Below, in pieces: positions 10,101 to 17,576 of a stretch of DNA of 64,000 nucleotides (its first letter is position 1; each line of letters starts with the position of its first letter). The position numbers and the translations under genes were made by a program. Source of the stretch: Gemmatimonadaceae bacterium (lineage in GTDB: Bacteria; Gemmatimonadota; Gemmatimonadetes; Gemmatimonadales; Gemmatimonadaceae); NCBI GenBank assembly GCA_040901985.1, contig JBBDYC010000019.1, positions 79,770 through 143,769 on the forward strand, read 5' to 3'. The notes below the pieces were generated by a model that had not been told where the DNA came from, did not search any database, and saw nothing but the letters and a program-made list of their open reading frames with translations.

Positions 10101-10320
10101 CCCACCGTCGGTCGGGACTGAGGGCCCGGAACGAGATGTCGGTGCGCGGCGCGAGAATGATCCGCTCGACGTTGGCCGGCGGCCGCACGAACGTCTCGGC
10201 GCGAAGAATCGCCCACGGGTCCTCGGCAGGCACGACGGCCGCCGCCGCGGGGCGGCCCTGTGCAACGGCGGACGATGCGAGGAGCAGCGCGGAGACGACG
10301 GAAGCGAAAAGCGAGCGCAT
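7123..10320 (-). CDS. Secreted S9 prolyl-oligopeptidase-family peptidase (S9D-like) fused to C-terminal DUF305 domain
   Basis: Signal peptide, beta-propeller region, GGHSYGAF nucleophile, YNRTLTPFGFQ, EDQNVGT, EGHS; then ADVAFMQGMIAHHEQA...FDRAFLVGMIKHHDGAV (DUF305). Confidence 0.85.
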   Translation of the reverse strand: MRSLFASVVSALLLASSAVAQGRPAAAAVVPAEDPWAILRAETFVRPPANVERIILAPRTDISFRALSPDRRWAVRLTGPERGSIRAYGRPHIYLAGVQVDQRASRARSLSTTPKSGLQLADPRTGATRVIQTPAGATISDPVWSPDGARLAYIANFDNASHVFVADVASGRSTQVTRTPLLATLVTEVRFTADGQSLVAVLVPAGRGAAPTHGPDGIEDGPQVRISDGRAKPQRVHASLLEDPHDAALFRYHTTGQLALLDARGRSVRTIGAPAMIRAVDASPDARHLLVTRVVEPFSYLVPASAFGTVQELWDLGGRVVTTLATTPLREGPPQFGGGVAGGGGGAPADTSRRALQWPPAGDGLVYLQNIVGDNGRASGVRYVHWRAPFGPADTATIVSGSARLTNVAWGTDGATIFVNDSGQVAAIRATDRSRKYPLGRGVTIPGGGGGGGGGGFGGGSAPADTVGTGGALATTSGANGQALVLLSRDGQHVFVSGERGYGDEWHRRAPRPFTDRLTIETAERSRIFDSRADAYEEVVAPLDPDYTELVFTRQSATTIEDAWHRTVASGLERQLTRAVDPGPEISGAIRRRVTATRPRDGTVIWVEVTLPRGWQPGERLPGILWFYPREYVSAETYARSRHSTNINRFPIVPALRPASAIQLWVSQGYALINPDIPIFGDTGRMNDNFTRDLPENLDAVLDAMVDSGFVDRDRMGIGGHSYGAFGTVNAMTLVPFFKAGIAGDGMYNRTLTPFGFQTERRNFFEARETYLDMSPFLRADRLAGALLLYHATEDQNVGTAPLASTRMMAALQGLGKTAALYMYHYEGHSVATYESDLDMWARWFAWFDVYVKRPAPVTATARVVPGESPPTAPTPAVTVQPGVPGEPGRVLTTEQSVALARPPHTAADVAFMQGMIAHHEQALAMTALVRDRTMSRDILLLALRIELSQQDEINLMRSWLRQRHEPVPGEGEHAGHAMGDDALMPGMLTRDEMATLAAARDADFDRAFLVGMIKHHDGAVRMVAELFASIGGGQQSDIYQFASDVDADQQMEISRMRLMLAARP

Positions 10321-10344
10321 GGCGGATGGAGCTGGGGGAATCGG

Positions 10345-11031
10345 TCAAGTGTCGCGTGGCGGTCGCAGAAAGGCGCGGACCGGGGCCGCATCGCACGGCC
10401 CGGTGCGCAGGGGCAGCGCAACGAGATCCCACGCGCCGGGTCGGATGGCCCGCAGGTCGAGGTTCTCGAGTACATACGCGCCGCCGGCAAAGAGTGCTCG
10501 GTGGACCGGCAGCGCCTTGCTCTCGCGCTCGTCCACGCTCGGCGCATCCACGCCGAGCAGGAGGAGTCCGGCGCGGGTCAGCGCCGCGGCGGCCTCCTGC
10601 GTCAGCGCTGGCCAGCGCTCGGGAAAGCGGCCGCTGGCCGTGCTGCACGACGTGCGGAGGAGGAGCCGTGGCGCCCCGACCGGGAAGCCGGCGCGCACGA
10701 GGTCGGCGACCGACAGCGCCACCGCATCGGGCGCGACGTCCACGACCACCGCCGCGCCGAGGAACGGGGCGATCGGCAGGCGGTCGGCGCTGGCGCCGTC
10801 GGCAAGCACGTGCAGTGGGGCGTCCGCGTGCGTACCGACGTGCGGACTCGTGTCCCAGCGCGACACGTTCACGCTTGCCCCGTCGGCAATCGCCCAGCTC
10901 CAGCCACAGGTGAAGGGGGTGTCGCCCGGCCACGCCGGCGTCGCGGCGTCGAACGCCACCGAGATGTCGTGCAGTCCGTCGGCACCGAGCGCCGCGTCTC
11001 GCCGGGCCTTCACGGCGTCAGCCGCCACCAT
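10345..11031 (-). CDS. kynB: Kynurenine formamidase / cyclase family
   Basis: WPGD, HVGTHADAPLH (HxGTHxDxPxH), GVDAPSVD, ENLDL, APVRA; adjacent to TDO. Confidence 0.85.
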   Translation of the reverse strand: MVAADAVKARRDAALGADGLHDISVAFDAATPAWPGDTPFTCGWSWAIADGASVNVSRWDTSPHVGTHADAPLHVLADGASADRLPIAPFLGAAVVVDVAPDAVALSVADLVRAGFPVGAPRLLLRTSCSTASGRFPERWPALTQEAAAALTRAGLLLLGVDAPSVDERESKALPVHRALFAGGAYVLENLDLRAIRPGAWDLVALPLRTGPCDAAPVRAFLRPPRDT

Positions 11032-11764
11032 AGAGCCGCGCCCGCACGGCCCAGAGCTCCGGGAAAAAGCGCTGGTTCACCGTCTTCTGGAGATAGCGCG
11101 CGCCGAGCGTCCCGCCGGTGCCGCCGGTGTCGGGGCCGATGATCCGCTCGACCAGTTGCACGTGCAGGAACCGCCAGCGCGCGAATCCCTGGTCGTAGGC
11201 AAGCAAGGACTCGGCGAGCATCTGGAGCACGCCGTGCTGGGGATCCCGATAGATGGCGTCGAGCGTGGTGCCCTCGTGCTCGACCAAGCCGAGGAAGAGT
11301 GCCTGGAGCGTCGGGCGCGCAATGGCGCGCTCGACGGGCGGCGGGAGCTCGCCGTGCTCGCGAAGCGCCGCCATGAAGTGCGGGTCGCGCATCCCGCTCG
11401 TTGCCTCGATCGCGCGGAACTGCGCGCTCTGCGACCCGCTCGAGGTGCCGAGGTACCCGCGAAACCGCGCGAACTGCTGTGGCGGCAGCGTGTCGAGGGC
11501 CGACAACTCGTGCGAGATGAGCTCCACCAACGTGGTGATCCGCTGCATCGAGGTCAGCGCGCGCAGCGCGTCGAACTCGGTCAGTCGCGCAATCAGGGTA
11601 TCGAACTCGTGGAGGAGCACCTTGAACCAGAGTTCGCTCGCCTGGTGCACGACGATGAACAACAACTCGTCGGGATGCTCGGGTTTGCTCTGCGGCCGCT
11701 GCAGCGCAAGGAGCGACTCGAGCTCGAGATAGGTCGGGTAGGAGATCGGACGAGAGGGGGTCAA
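11018..11764 (-). CDS. kynA: Tryptophan 2,3-dioxygenase
   Basis: SYPTYLEL..LL, HPDELLFIVVHQASELWFK, SGSQSAQFR, WRFLH..LVERIIG..GTGGT.G..YL, FFPELW; TTG start overlaps the bshB1 stop. Confidence 0.92.
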   Translation of the reverse strand: MTPSRPISYPTYLELESLLALQRPQSKPEHPDELLFIVVHQASELWFKVLLHEFDTLIARLTEFDALRALTSMQRITTLVELISHELSALDTLPPQQFARFRGYLGTSSGSQSAQFRAIEATSGMRDPHFMAALREHGELPPPVERAIARPTLQALFLGLVEHEGTTLDAIYRDPQHGVLQMLAESLLAYDQGFARWRFLHVQLVERIIGPDTGGTGGTLGARYLQKTVNQRFFPELWAVRARLYGGG

Positions 11765-12466
11765 AAGGTGGAGACCTCGAGCGCCAGGACGTCGTCCGCG
11801 CGCATCGTCTCGAAGGTGAAGAAGGGCTCGCCGTAGCGCGAGCGGATGAGTGAGCCGTAATGTGCCGCGTGATGCCGCACGAGGTCGTAGAGCGGCTCGC
11901 CGTTGGGATAGACCTCGCCCGCCCAGGTGGCGTCGTCGAACTGCGACGCGTAGCACTTGATGGCCGCGAGCTTCGCCTCGAACTCGGCGCTGATGTCCAC
12001 CACGAAGGTGGGCTTCACGTAGTCCTCGCGGTAGGCGATGGCGTGGAGGACCTTGAGCGGCCGGTGCGGCGCGCTGGCCGCATCGAGCTTGGCAAGGCCG
12101 CTGAGAAAGCAGGCGTCGCGGATCAGCTGTGAGGCCACCCGATGGTCGGGGTGGCGCCCGCGTGGCGCCGGGGCGATGACCACCCGGGGGCGCAGCTCAC
12201 GGATGTGCTGGGCAAGGAGGCGGCGCGTGTCGGGCGTGTTGGTGATCGCCGCGTCAGGCATCCCGAGGTTCTCCCGCACGGCCACGCCAAGCACCTCCGC
12301 GGCCGCGCAGCTCGGCCGACCCGCGCGTCCCCATCTCGCCCGCCGTGAGGTCAATGATGCCGGTGCGATGGCCGCGCCGGGCGTGCTTCACGAGCGTGCC
12401 GCCGCAGGTCAGTTCCACATCGTCCCGGTGGGCGGCGATGGCGAGGAGGTCCACGGGGGCGGCCAT
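11761..12466 (-). pseudogene. bshB1: Bacillithiol biosynthesis deacetylase BshB1 (PIG-L family), frameshifted near 12305
   Basis: N-part ([14 protein letters not shown]...[11 protein letters not shown]) is in ORF 12254-12466; C-part (AAEVLG...GRHPDH...FVVDIS...ASQF) is in a different frame, ORF 11761-12354. Could be an assembly error. Confidence 0.8.
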
Positions 12467-12541
12467 TCATTGAATCTGGCCGCGTGCGAGGGGGTGGGGA
12501 AGCCACTTGTTCGCCGGTGGCGGGGCGCGCAGGTTGCGCCA

Positions 12542-13093
12542 ATGGATTCGAAGCCGCTCCCGTCGCTACACACGCCGCGCCTGACGCTCCGCGCCTTCAC
12601 CCCAGACGACGCCCAGCGCGTCCAGGCGCTGCTCGATGACCCGCAGGTCGCCGAGGGCACGCTGGCGATCCCGTCGCCGTATCCGGAGGGAGCGGCCTCG
12701 GCGTGGATTGCCTCGCACGCGGCCAAGTGGGCGGCGGGCCGTCTGGCCGTCTGGGCTATGGTGGCCAACACCGATGGCCAGGTCGTGGGTGCGCTCTCGC
12801 TCCGGGTGACCGCCGCGCACCGCCGCGCCGAGGCGGGCTATTGGGTGGCGCGCGTGGCGTGGGGAAAGGGCTACGCCAGCGAGGCGCTGCGCGCCGCGAT
12901 CGCCTTTGGCTTCGATACGCTCGGGTTGCACCGGATCGAGGCGCACCACTTCTCCTCCAACCCGGCCTCCGGGCGCGTGATGGAGAAGGTAGGAATGCGC
13001 CACGAGGGGCACGTGCGCGAGCCGGTCTTCCGTGCAGGAGTCGCCCGCGATCTCGAGCTCTACGGCATCCTGCGGACCGACCCGCGGCCATAG
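12542..13093 (+). CDS. RimJ/RimL-type GNAT N-acetyltransferase
   Basis: LHTPRLTLRAF, AEAGYW, WGKGYASEA, NPASGRVMEKVGM. Confidence 0.9.
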   Translation: MDSKPLPSLHTPRLTLRAFTPDDAQRVQALLDDPQVAEGTLAIPSPYPEGAASAWIASHAAKWAAGRLAVWAMVANTDGQVVGALSLRVTAAHRRAEAGYWVARVAWGKGYASEALRAAIAFGFDTLGLHRIEAHHFSSNPASGRVMEKVGMRHEGHVREPVFRAGVARDLELYGILRTDPRP

Positions 13094-13194
13094 AGCCGGC
13101 GCCGTCAGCGCTGGCGCGTCCCCCGGCGTAGCTTGAGTGACCGAGCGGGGCGCCGCGACGCCCCACCCCCCACTGAGAAGGTTCGGAGATCCCG

Positions 13195-14859
13195 ATGCCC
13201 GTTGGACCCCTGATCCGCGTGGCGCTCGTCGCCGCTGCGGCCACGCCCGCCATCCTCAGCGCGCAGCGCCCCGAACTCCCGCGCGCGTTCGAGCCCCGCC
13301 CGACCCAGCCGGCCATCACGGCGGCCGACCTGATGACCCGCCTCTATATCGTTGCCGACGACTCGATGGCGGGGCGCGCGTCCGGGACCGAGGGCCATCT
13401 CAAGGCGACCGCATATATCGAGCGCGAGCTGCGCCGGCTTGGACTCCGGCCGGCGGGGACGGACGGGTTCTTTCAGGACCTTCCGCTCTACCGTCGCAGC
13501 ATCGCCGCCGGCGGCAGCATCACGGCCGGCGACCGCCGGTTTGTGGTCGGAGCGGACTTCGGAGCGCTGGCGCCGCGCGGCGGGACAGTCAGTCTCCCGG
13601 CCACCGCCGAGGTGGTCGTCGGCGGCACGATGGGCGACAGCACGACCTGGATCACCGCCGAGCAGGCCGCCGGGAAGGTCGTCGTGATGCGGCCCAACGG
13701 GCGCTCGCTCACGCTCGGCACGCGCGGCCTGGCGGTCACCGCGACGTCGCGGTTCGCCGGCGCGGTCGCGTATGTGGTGCCGCTCTGGGACCAACTGGCC
13801 CCTCCGATGCGCCAGGCGATCGGCCGGCCCACACTCTCGATGGTGTCCGCTGCGCCGGCCACGCCGTTGCCCCCGACGATCATCGCCTCGGCGGCGATGA
13901 CCGACGCGCTGATCGCCCGGGGACTGGTCAGCGCCGGCGTCGCGTTCGCGCTCGAGTTCCAGGCCGAGCCGGCCGCGGCGCGGAACGTCGTCGCGATCGT
14001 CCCCGGGAGTGATCCGGCGCTGCGTGGGCAATACGTCGCGATCGGCGCGCACAGCGACCACGATCCGGTGGTGGACCGGGCGCTCGACCACGACTCGCTC
14101 CGCACGATGGCCGAGCTCCGCGCGCGCCTCGTCGCGTCGCTCCCCGCCGGCCAGCGGCCGACGCCAGCGCAGCTCTCGGCGCTCGTCGTGAACGTGGACT
14201 CCCTGCGCGCCCTGCGGTCGCCGCGTCCTGACTCGATCAAGAATGGCGCTGACGACGACGGCTCGGGCACCGTGGCGCTGCTGGAGATCGCCGAGGCGTT
14301 CGCCCTTGCGCCGACCAGGCCAAGGCGCTCGCTGCTCCTCGTGTGGCATGCCGCCGAAGAACTTGGCCTCCTCGGGGCGGCGCATTTCACGGAGCACCCG
14401 ACCGTCCCGCTCGACTCGATCGTCGCCAATCTCAACCTGGATATGGTCGGCCGCGGCGGCGTCGGCGACATCGCGGGCGGCGGGCCGGAGTACGTGCAGC
14501 TCGTCGGCTCACGTCGCCTCTCCAGGGAACTCGGCGATCTCGTGGAGGCCGTCAACGCGCGCCGCGCCCGCCCGTTCAGGTTCGACTATGCACTCGACGC
14601 CGACGGCCACCCGGAGCGGATCTACTGTCGGTCGGACCACGCGATGTACGCGCGCCACGGCATCCCGGTGACATTCTTCACCACTGGGCTGCACAAGGAC
14701 TACCATCAGGTCACCGACGAACCACAGTACATCGAGTACGACAAGATGGCCGAGTTGACGCAACTGGTGGCCGACGTGGCGGCGGAACTCGCCTCCCGCG
14801 CAGCGCGCCCGCGGCTGGACGGGCCGCGGCCCGATCCGACGGCGCCGTGCCGCCAATGA
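13195..14859 (+). CDS. Secreted M28 family metallopeptidase
   Basis: Signal peptide; GAHSDH, NGADDDGSG, AEELGLLG, NLDM, SDH, DYHQVTD. Confidence 0.9.
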   Translation: MPVGPLIRVALVAAAATPAILSAQRPELPRAFEPRPTQPAITAADLMTRLYIVADDSMAGRASGTEGHLKATAYIERELRRLGLRPAGTDGFFQDLPLYRRSIAAGGSITAGDRRFVVGADFGALAPRGGTVSLPATAEVVVGGTMGDSTTWITAEQAAGKVVVMRPNGRSLTLGTRGLAVTATSRFAGAVAYVVPLWDQLAPPMRQAIGRPTLSMVSAAPATPLPPTIIASAAMTDALIARGLVSAGVAFALEFQAEPAAARNVVAIVPGSDPALRGQYVAIGAHSDHDPVVDRALDHDSLRTMAELRARLVASLPAGQRPTPAQLSALVVNVDSLRALRSPRPDSIKNGADDDGSGTVALLEIAEAFALAPTRPRRSLLLVWHAAEELGLLGAAHFTEHPTVPLDSIVANLNLDMVGRGGVGDIAGGGPEYVQLVGSRRLSRELGDLVEAVNARRARPFRFDYALDADGHPERIYCRSDHAMYARHGIPVTFFTTGLHKDYHQVTDEPQYIEYDKMAELTQLVADVAAELASRAARPRLDGPRPDPTAPCRQ

Positions 14860-14906
14860 ACGGCGGGTGAGAGGTGTGAGGTGTGAGGGAGCGAGGCCAA
14901 AGCAAC

Positions 14907-14933
14907 GGCGCGCCAGGCAGTACCCGGCGCGCC
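14907..14933. terminator. GC hairpin between convergent genes (possible bidirectional terminator)
   Basis: GGCGCGCC-AGGCAGTACCC-GGCGCGCC between the M28 and DEAD-box stops; U-tract is weak. Confidence 0.45.
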
Positions 14934-14962
14934 CCTCCCACCTTCTACCTTGCTTCTGTAGT

Positions 14963-16267
14963 TCAGCGCCCTCGCCGCTTGCTCGCGCCACTGCGCCCCG
15001 CCGGCCGGGCCGCCGGGTGCCCGGCCTTCTCGCGCCGCTCGGCCTTGGCCTTCGCGCGGGCGCGGTCGTCGGCCTTGCGCGCGCGGATCAGCGCGATCCG
15101 CTCGCCGATCGGCACCTCGAACCGTTCCACCGGCGTGTGCGCGTAGTCGAAGCCGGCCACCTTGCGCCGCGGCAGCGCGCGGCCGATGGACTTCTCGATC
15201 GCGCGCAAGTCGCCCTCCTCCTCCGGTGACACCAGCGTGAAGGCCTCGCCGGTGGCGTCGGCGCGGGCGGTGCGGCCCACCCGGTGGATGTAGTCCTCCG
15301 GCACGTGCGGCACGTCGAAGTTCACCACGTGCTCGAGCGCCTCCACGTCAATGCCGCGCGCCACGATATCCGTCGCGACCAGCACGCGCACCTTGCCCGC
15401 CTTGAAGTCGGCGAGCGCCTCGGTGCGCTGGTTCTGGCTCCGGTTGCCGTGGATCTTGGCGTTGGGGATCCTGGCGTGCGTCAGCACGTCGGCCAGCCGG
15501 TTGGCGCGATGCTTCGTCCGGGTGAAGCAGATCACGTTGCCGATGGTGTTGGCGCGGAGCAGGGCGATCAGGAGGTCGGGCTTGAGCGCCTCACGCACCG
15601 GGTAGACGGCCTGCTCGATCCCGACCGCGGGCTTGGAGACGCGCTCGACGTTGATCCGCACCGGATCGTGCAGCATCTGGCGCGAGAGGGCGACAATCGG
15701 CGGCGGCAGCGTCGCGCTGAAGAAGAGCGTCTGCCGCACCTTCGGCACGTGGGCGAGCACCCGCTTGATGTCCGGCAGGAAGCCCATATCGAGCATCCGG
15801 TCGGCCTCGTCGAGCACGAGGACCTCGACCTTGCTGAAATCCACGTACTGGCCGGGCTGTCCGAGGTGGTCGAGCAGGCGTCCCGGCGTGGCGATGATCA
15901 CGTCGGTGTGCCGGCGGAAGGCGGTTTCCTGCGGCCCCATCCCGACGCCGCCGAAGATCGCCGCGCCCTGCACCTTGGTGTACTTGGCCAGCGCGACGAG
16001 ATCGGCGTGCACCTGCGCGGCAAGTTCGCGCGTCGGGGTGACGACGAGCGCGCGCGTGGCCCGCGCCGGCCGGTCCATCAGCCGCTGGAGCATCGGGAGG
16101 ATGAAGGCCGCGGTCTTGCCGCTTCCGGTCATCGCACAGGCAAGGATGTCCTTGCCGTCGCGGGCGGGGGGAATGGCGTCGAGCTGGATTGGGGTCGGCT
16201 TGGTCCAGCCGAGGTCGCCGACGGCGCGCATCAGCGCGGGGTCCAGGCGAAGTGTGGCGAATGGCAT
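14963..16267 (-). CDS. rhlE: DEAD-box RNA helicase (RhlE-like)
   Basis: PTPIQ, AMTGSGKT, PTRELA, TPGRL, DEADRMLDMGF, SAT, ARGID, YIHRVGRTAR; start ATG 16267. Confidence 0.88.
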   Translation of the reverse strand: MPFATLRLDPALMRAVGDLGWTKPTPIQLDAIPPARDGKDILACAMTGSGKTAAFILPMLQRLMDRPARATRALVVTPTRELAAQVHADLVALAKYTKVQGAAIFGGVGMGPQETAFRRHTDVIIATPGRLLDHLGQPGQYVDFSKVEVLVLDEADRMLDMGFLPDIKRVLAHVPKVRQTLFFSATLPPPIVALSRQMLHDPVRINVERVSKPAVGIEQAVYPVREALKPDLLIALLRANTIGNVICFTRTKHRANRLADVLTHARIPNAKIHGNRSQNQRTEALADFKAGKVRVLVATDIVARGIDVEALEHVVNFDVPHVPEDYIHRVGRTARADATGEAFTLVSPEEEGDLRAIEKSIGRALPRRKVAGFDYAHTPVERFEVPIGERIALIRARKADDRARAKAKAERREKAGHPAARPAGRSGASKRRGR

Positions 16268-16323
16268 GTTACCGAAAGCTAGTCGGTCGCGCGCCGTCCG
16301 TGGTCCCGGCGCCTTGGCGCCGA

Positions 16324-17574
16324 TCACTCGTACCGCAGCGCCTCGATCGGGTCGAGCCGCGCGGCGCGCCGGGCCGGCAACACGCCGAATATCACGCCAA
16401 TCGCCACCGACACGACCACCGCGATCACGGTCAGCCCCACCGGCGGCGCGGCGACGATCCCCAGCAGTCGCGTCACCAGCTGGCCGGCACCGATCCCCAC
16501 GACGATCCCGATCACGCCGCCGATCCCGGTCAGCGTCGCCGCCTCAATCAGGAACTGGACGAGGATGTCGCCGCGCGTGGCGCCGAGCGCCTTGCGGATG
16601 CCGATCTCCCGCGTCCGCTCGGTCACCGAGACCATCATGATTGCCATCACGCCGATCCCGCCGACCATCAGCGCCACCGAGGCCAGCACGATCATCACCA
16701 CGAAGAAGACGCCGGTGAGTTGGTTGAACACGTCGAGGATTTGGTCCGACGCGATCAGGTCGAAGTTGTTCCGTTGCGCCGGGCGTAGCCGTCGCTGTTC
16801 GCGCAGCGCGATCGTCACCGCCTCCTGCGCCGCCTCCACCGTCACCCCGGGGCGCGGCTTCACCGGGATGAACAGGGCGTTGGTGCGGTCGATATGGAAC
16901 TGCGCGTCGAGCATCCGGAACGGGACGATCGCACCGGTCTCGGATCCGGGCGGCGCGAAGATGTTCTCCGGTCGCTGATAGAGTCCGATCACCACCGTCG
17001 GGCGCCCGCCAATGCCGATCGTCCGGCCCAGGATCGTCTGCCGTCCGAAGAGTCGTCGGACCAGCGACTCGTCCACCACCGCCACCGCCGCGCCGGCGGT
17101 CAGCTCGGCACGCGTGAACCAGCGGCCGGCGAGGAGCGTGCCGCCCTGGATTTCGACGAACCCGTCGTCGGCGCCCATGATCGCGGTTGGCTGCGTGCGC
17201 TCGCCGAGATACGAGAGCCGGGCAAATGATTGGCCCCAGAGCGCCGCGTAGGCGATCTCCGGCAGACGCCGGATGCGTTCCGCGTCCTCGAGCGCGAGGT
17301 CGGGCCGGATCCGGACGTACGCCGGCGGATTGTCCGGGTTGATCGGGGTGCTCGAATAGACCTTCATCACGTAGAAGGTCGTCGGGCCGGCGACCTCGAC
17401 GGTGCGGATGATCTGCGAGCGCAGCCCCTCGACCAGCGACGCCATCGTCATCACCGTCGCCACGCCGATGACCACGCCGAGGATCGTCAGCGCCGAGCGC
17501 AGCTTGGCCACGCGCAGCGTGTCCATCGCGATGCCGAGGTTCTCCCGGTACTGGTCGAAGGCGGCGAGACGCAC
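16324..17574 (-). CDS. MacB/FtsX-type ABC permease (type B')
   Basis: KLRSALTILGVVIGV; VGGIGVMAIMMVSVTERTREIGIRKALGA; PARRAARLDPIEALRYE; start GTG 17574. Confidence 0.92.
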   Translation of the reverse strand: MRLAAFDQYRENLGIAMDTLRVAKLRSALTILGVVIGVATVMTMASLVEGLRSQIIRTVEVAGPTTFYVMKVYSSTPINPDNPPAYVRIRPDLALEDAERIRRLPEIAYAALWGQSFARLSYLGERTQPTAIMGADDGFVEIQGGTLLAGRWFTRAELTAGAAVAVVDESLVRRLFGRQTILGRTIGIGGRPTVVIGLYQRPENIFAPPGSETGAIVPFRMLDAQFHIDRTNALFIPVKPRPGVTVEAAQEAVTIALREQRRLRPAQRNNFDLIASDQILDVFNQLTGVFFVVMIVLASVALMVGGIGVMAIMMVSVTERTREIGIRKALGATRGDILVQFLIEAATLTGIGGVIGIVVGIGAGQLVTRLLGIVAAPPVGLTVIAVVVSVAIGVIFGVLPARRAARLDPIEALRYE

Positions 17575-17576
17575 GG

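Noticed and set aside
7948..11142. 1064-aa plus-strand ORF (also 5038-7089, 26325-29546, 57648-59792 and similar long ORFs)
   Set aside because: Antisense shadows of motif-bearing genes; Arg/Ala/Gly-rich with no domain motifs, as expected in high-GC DNA
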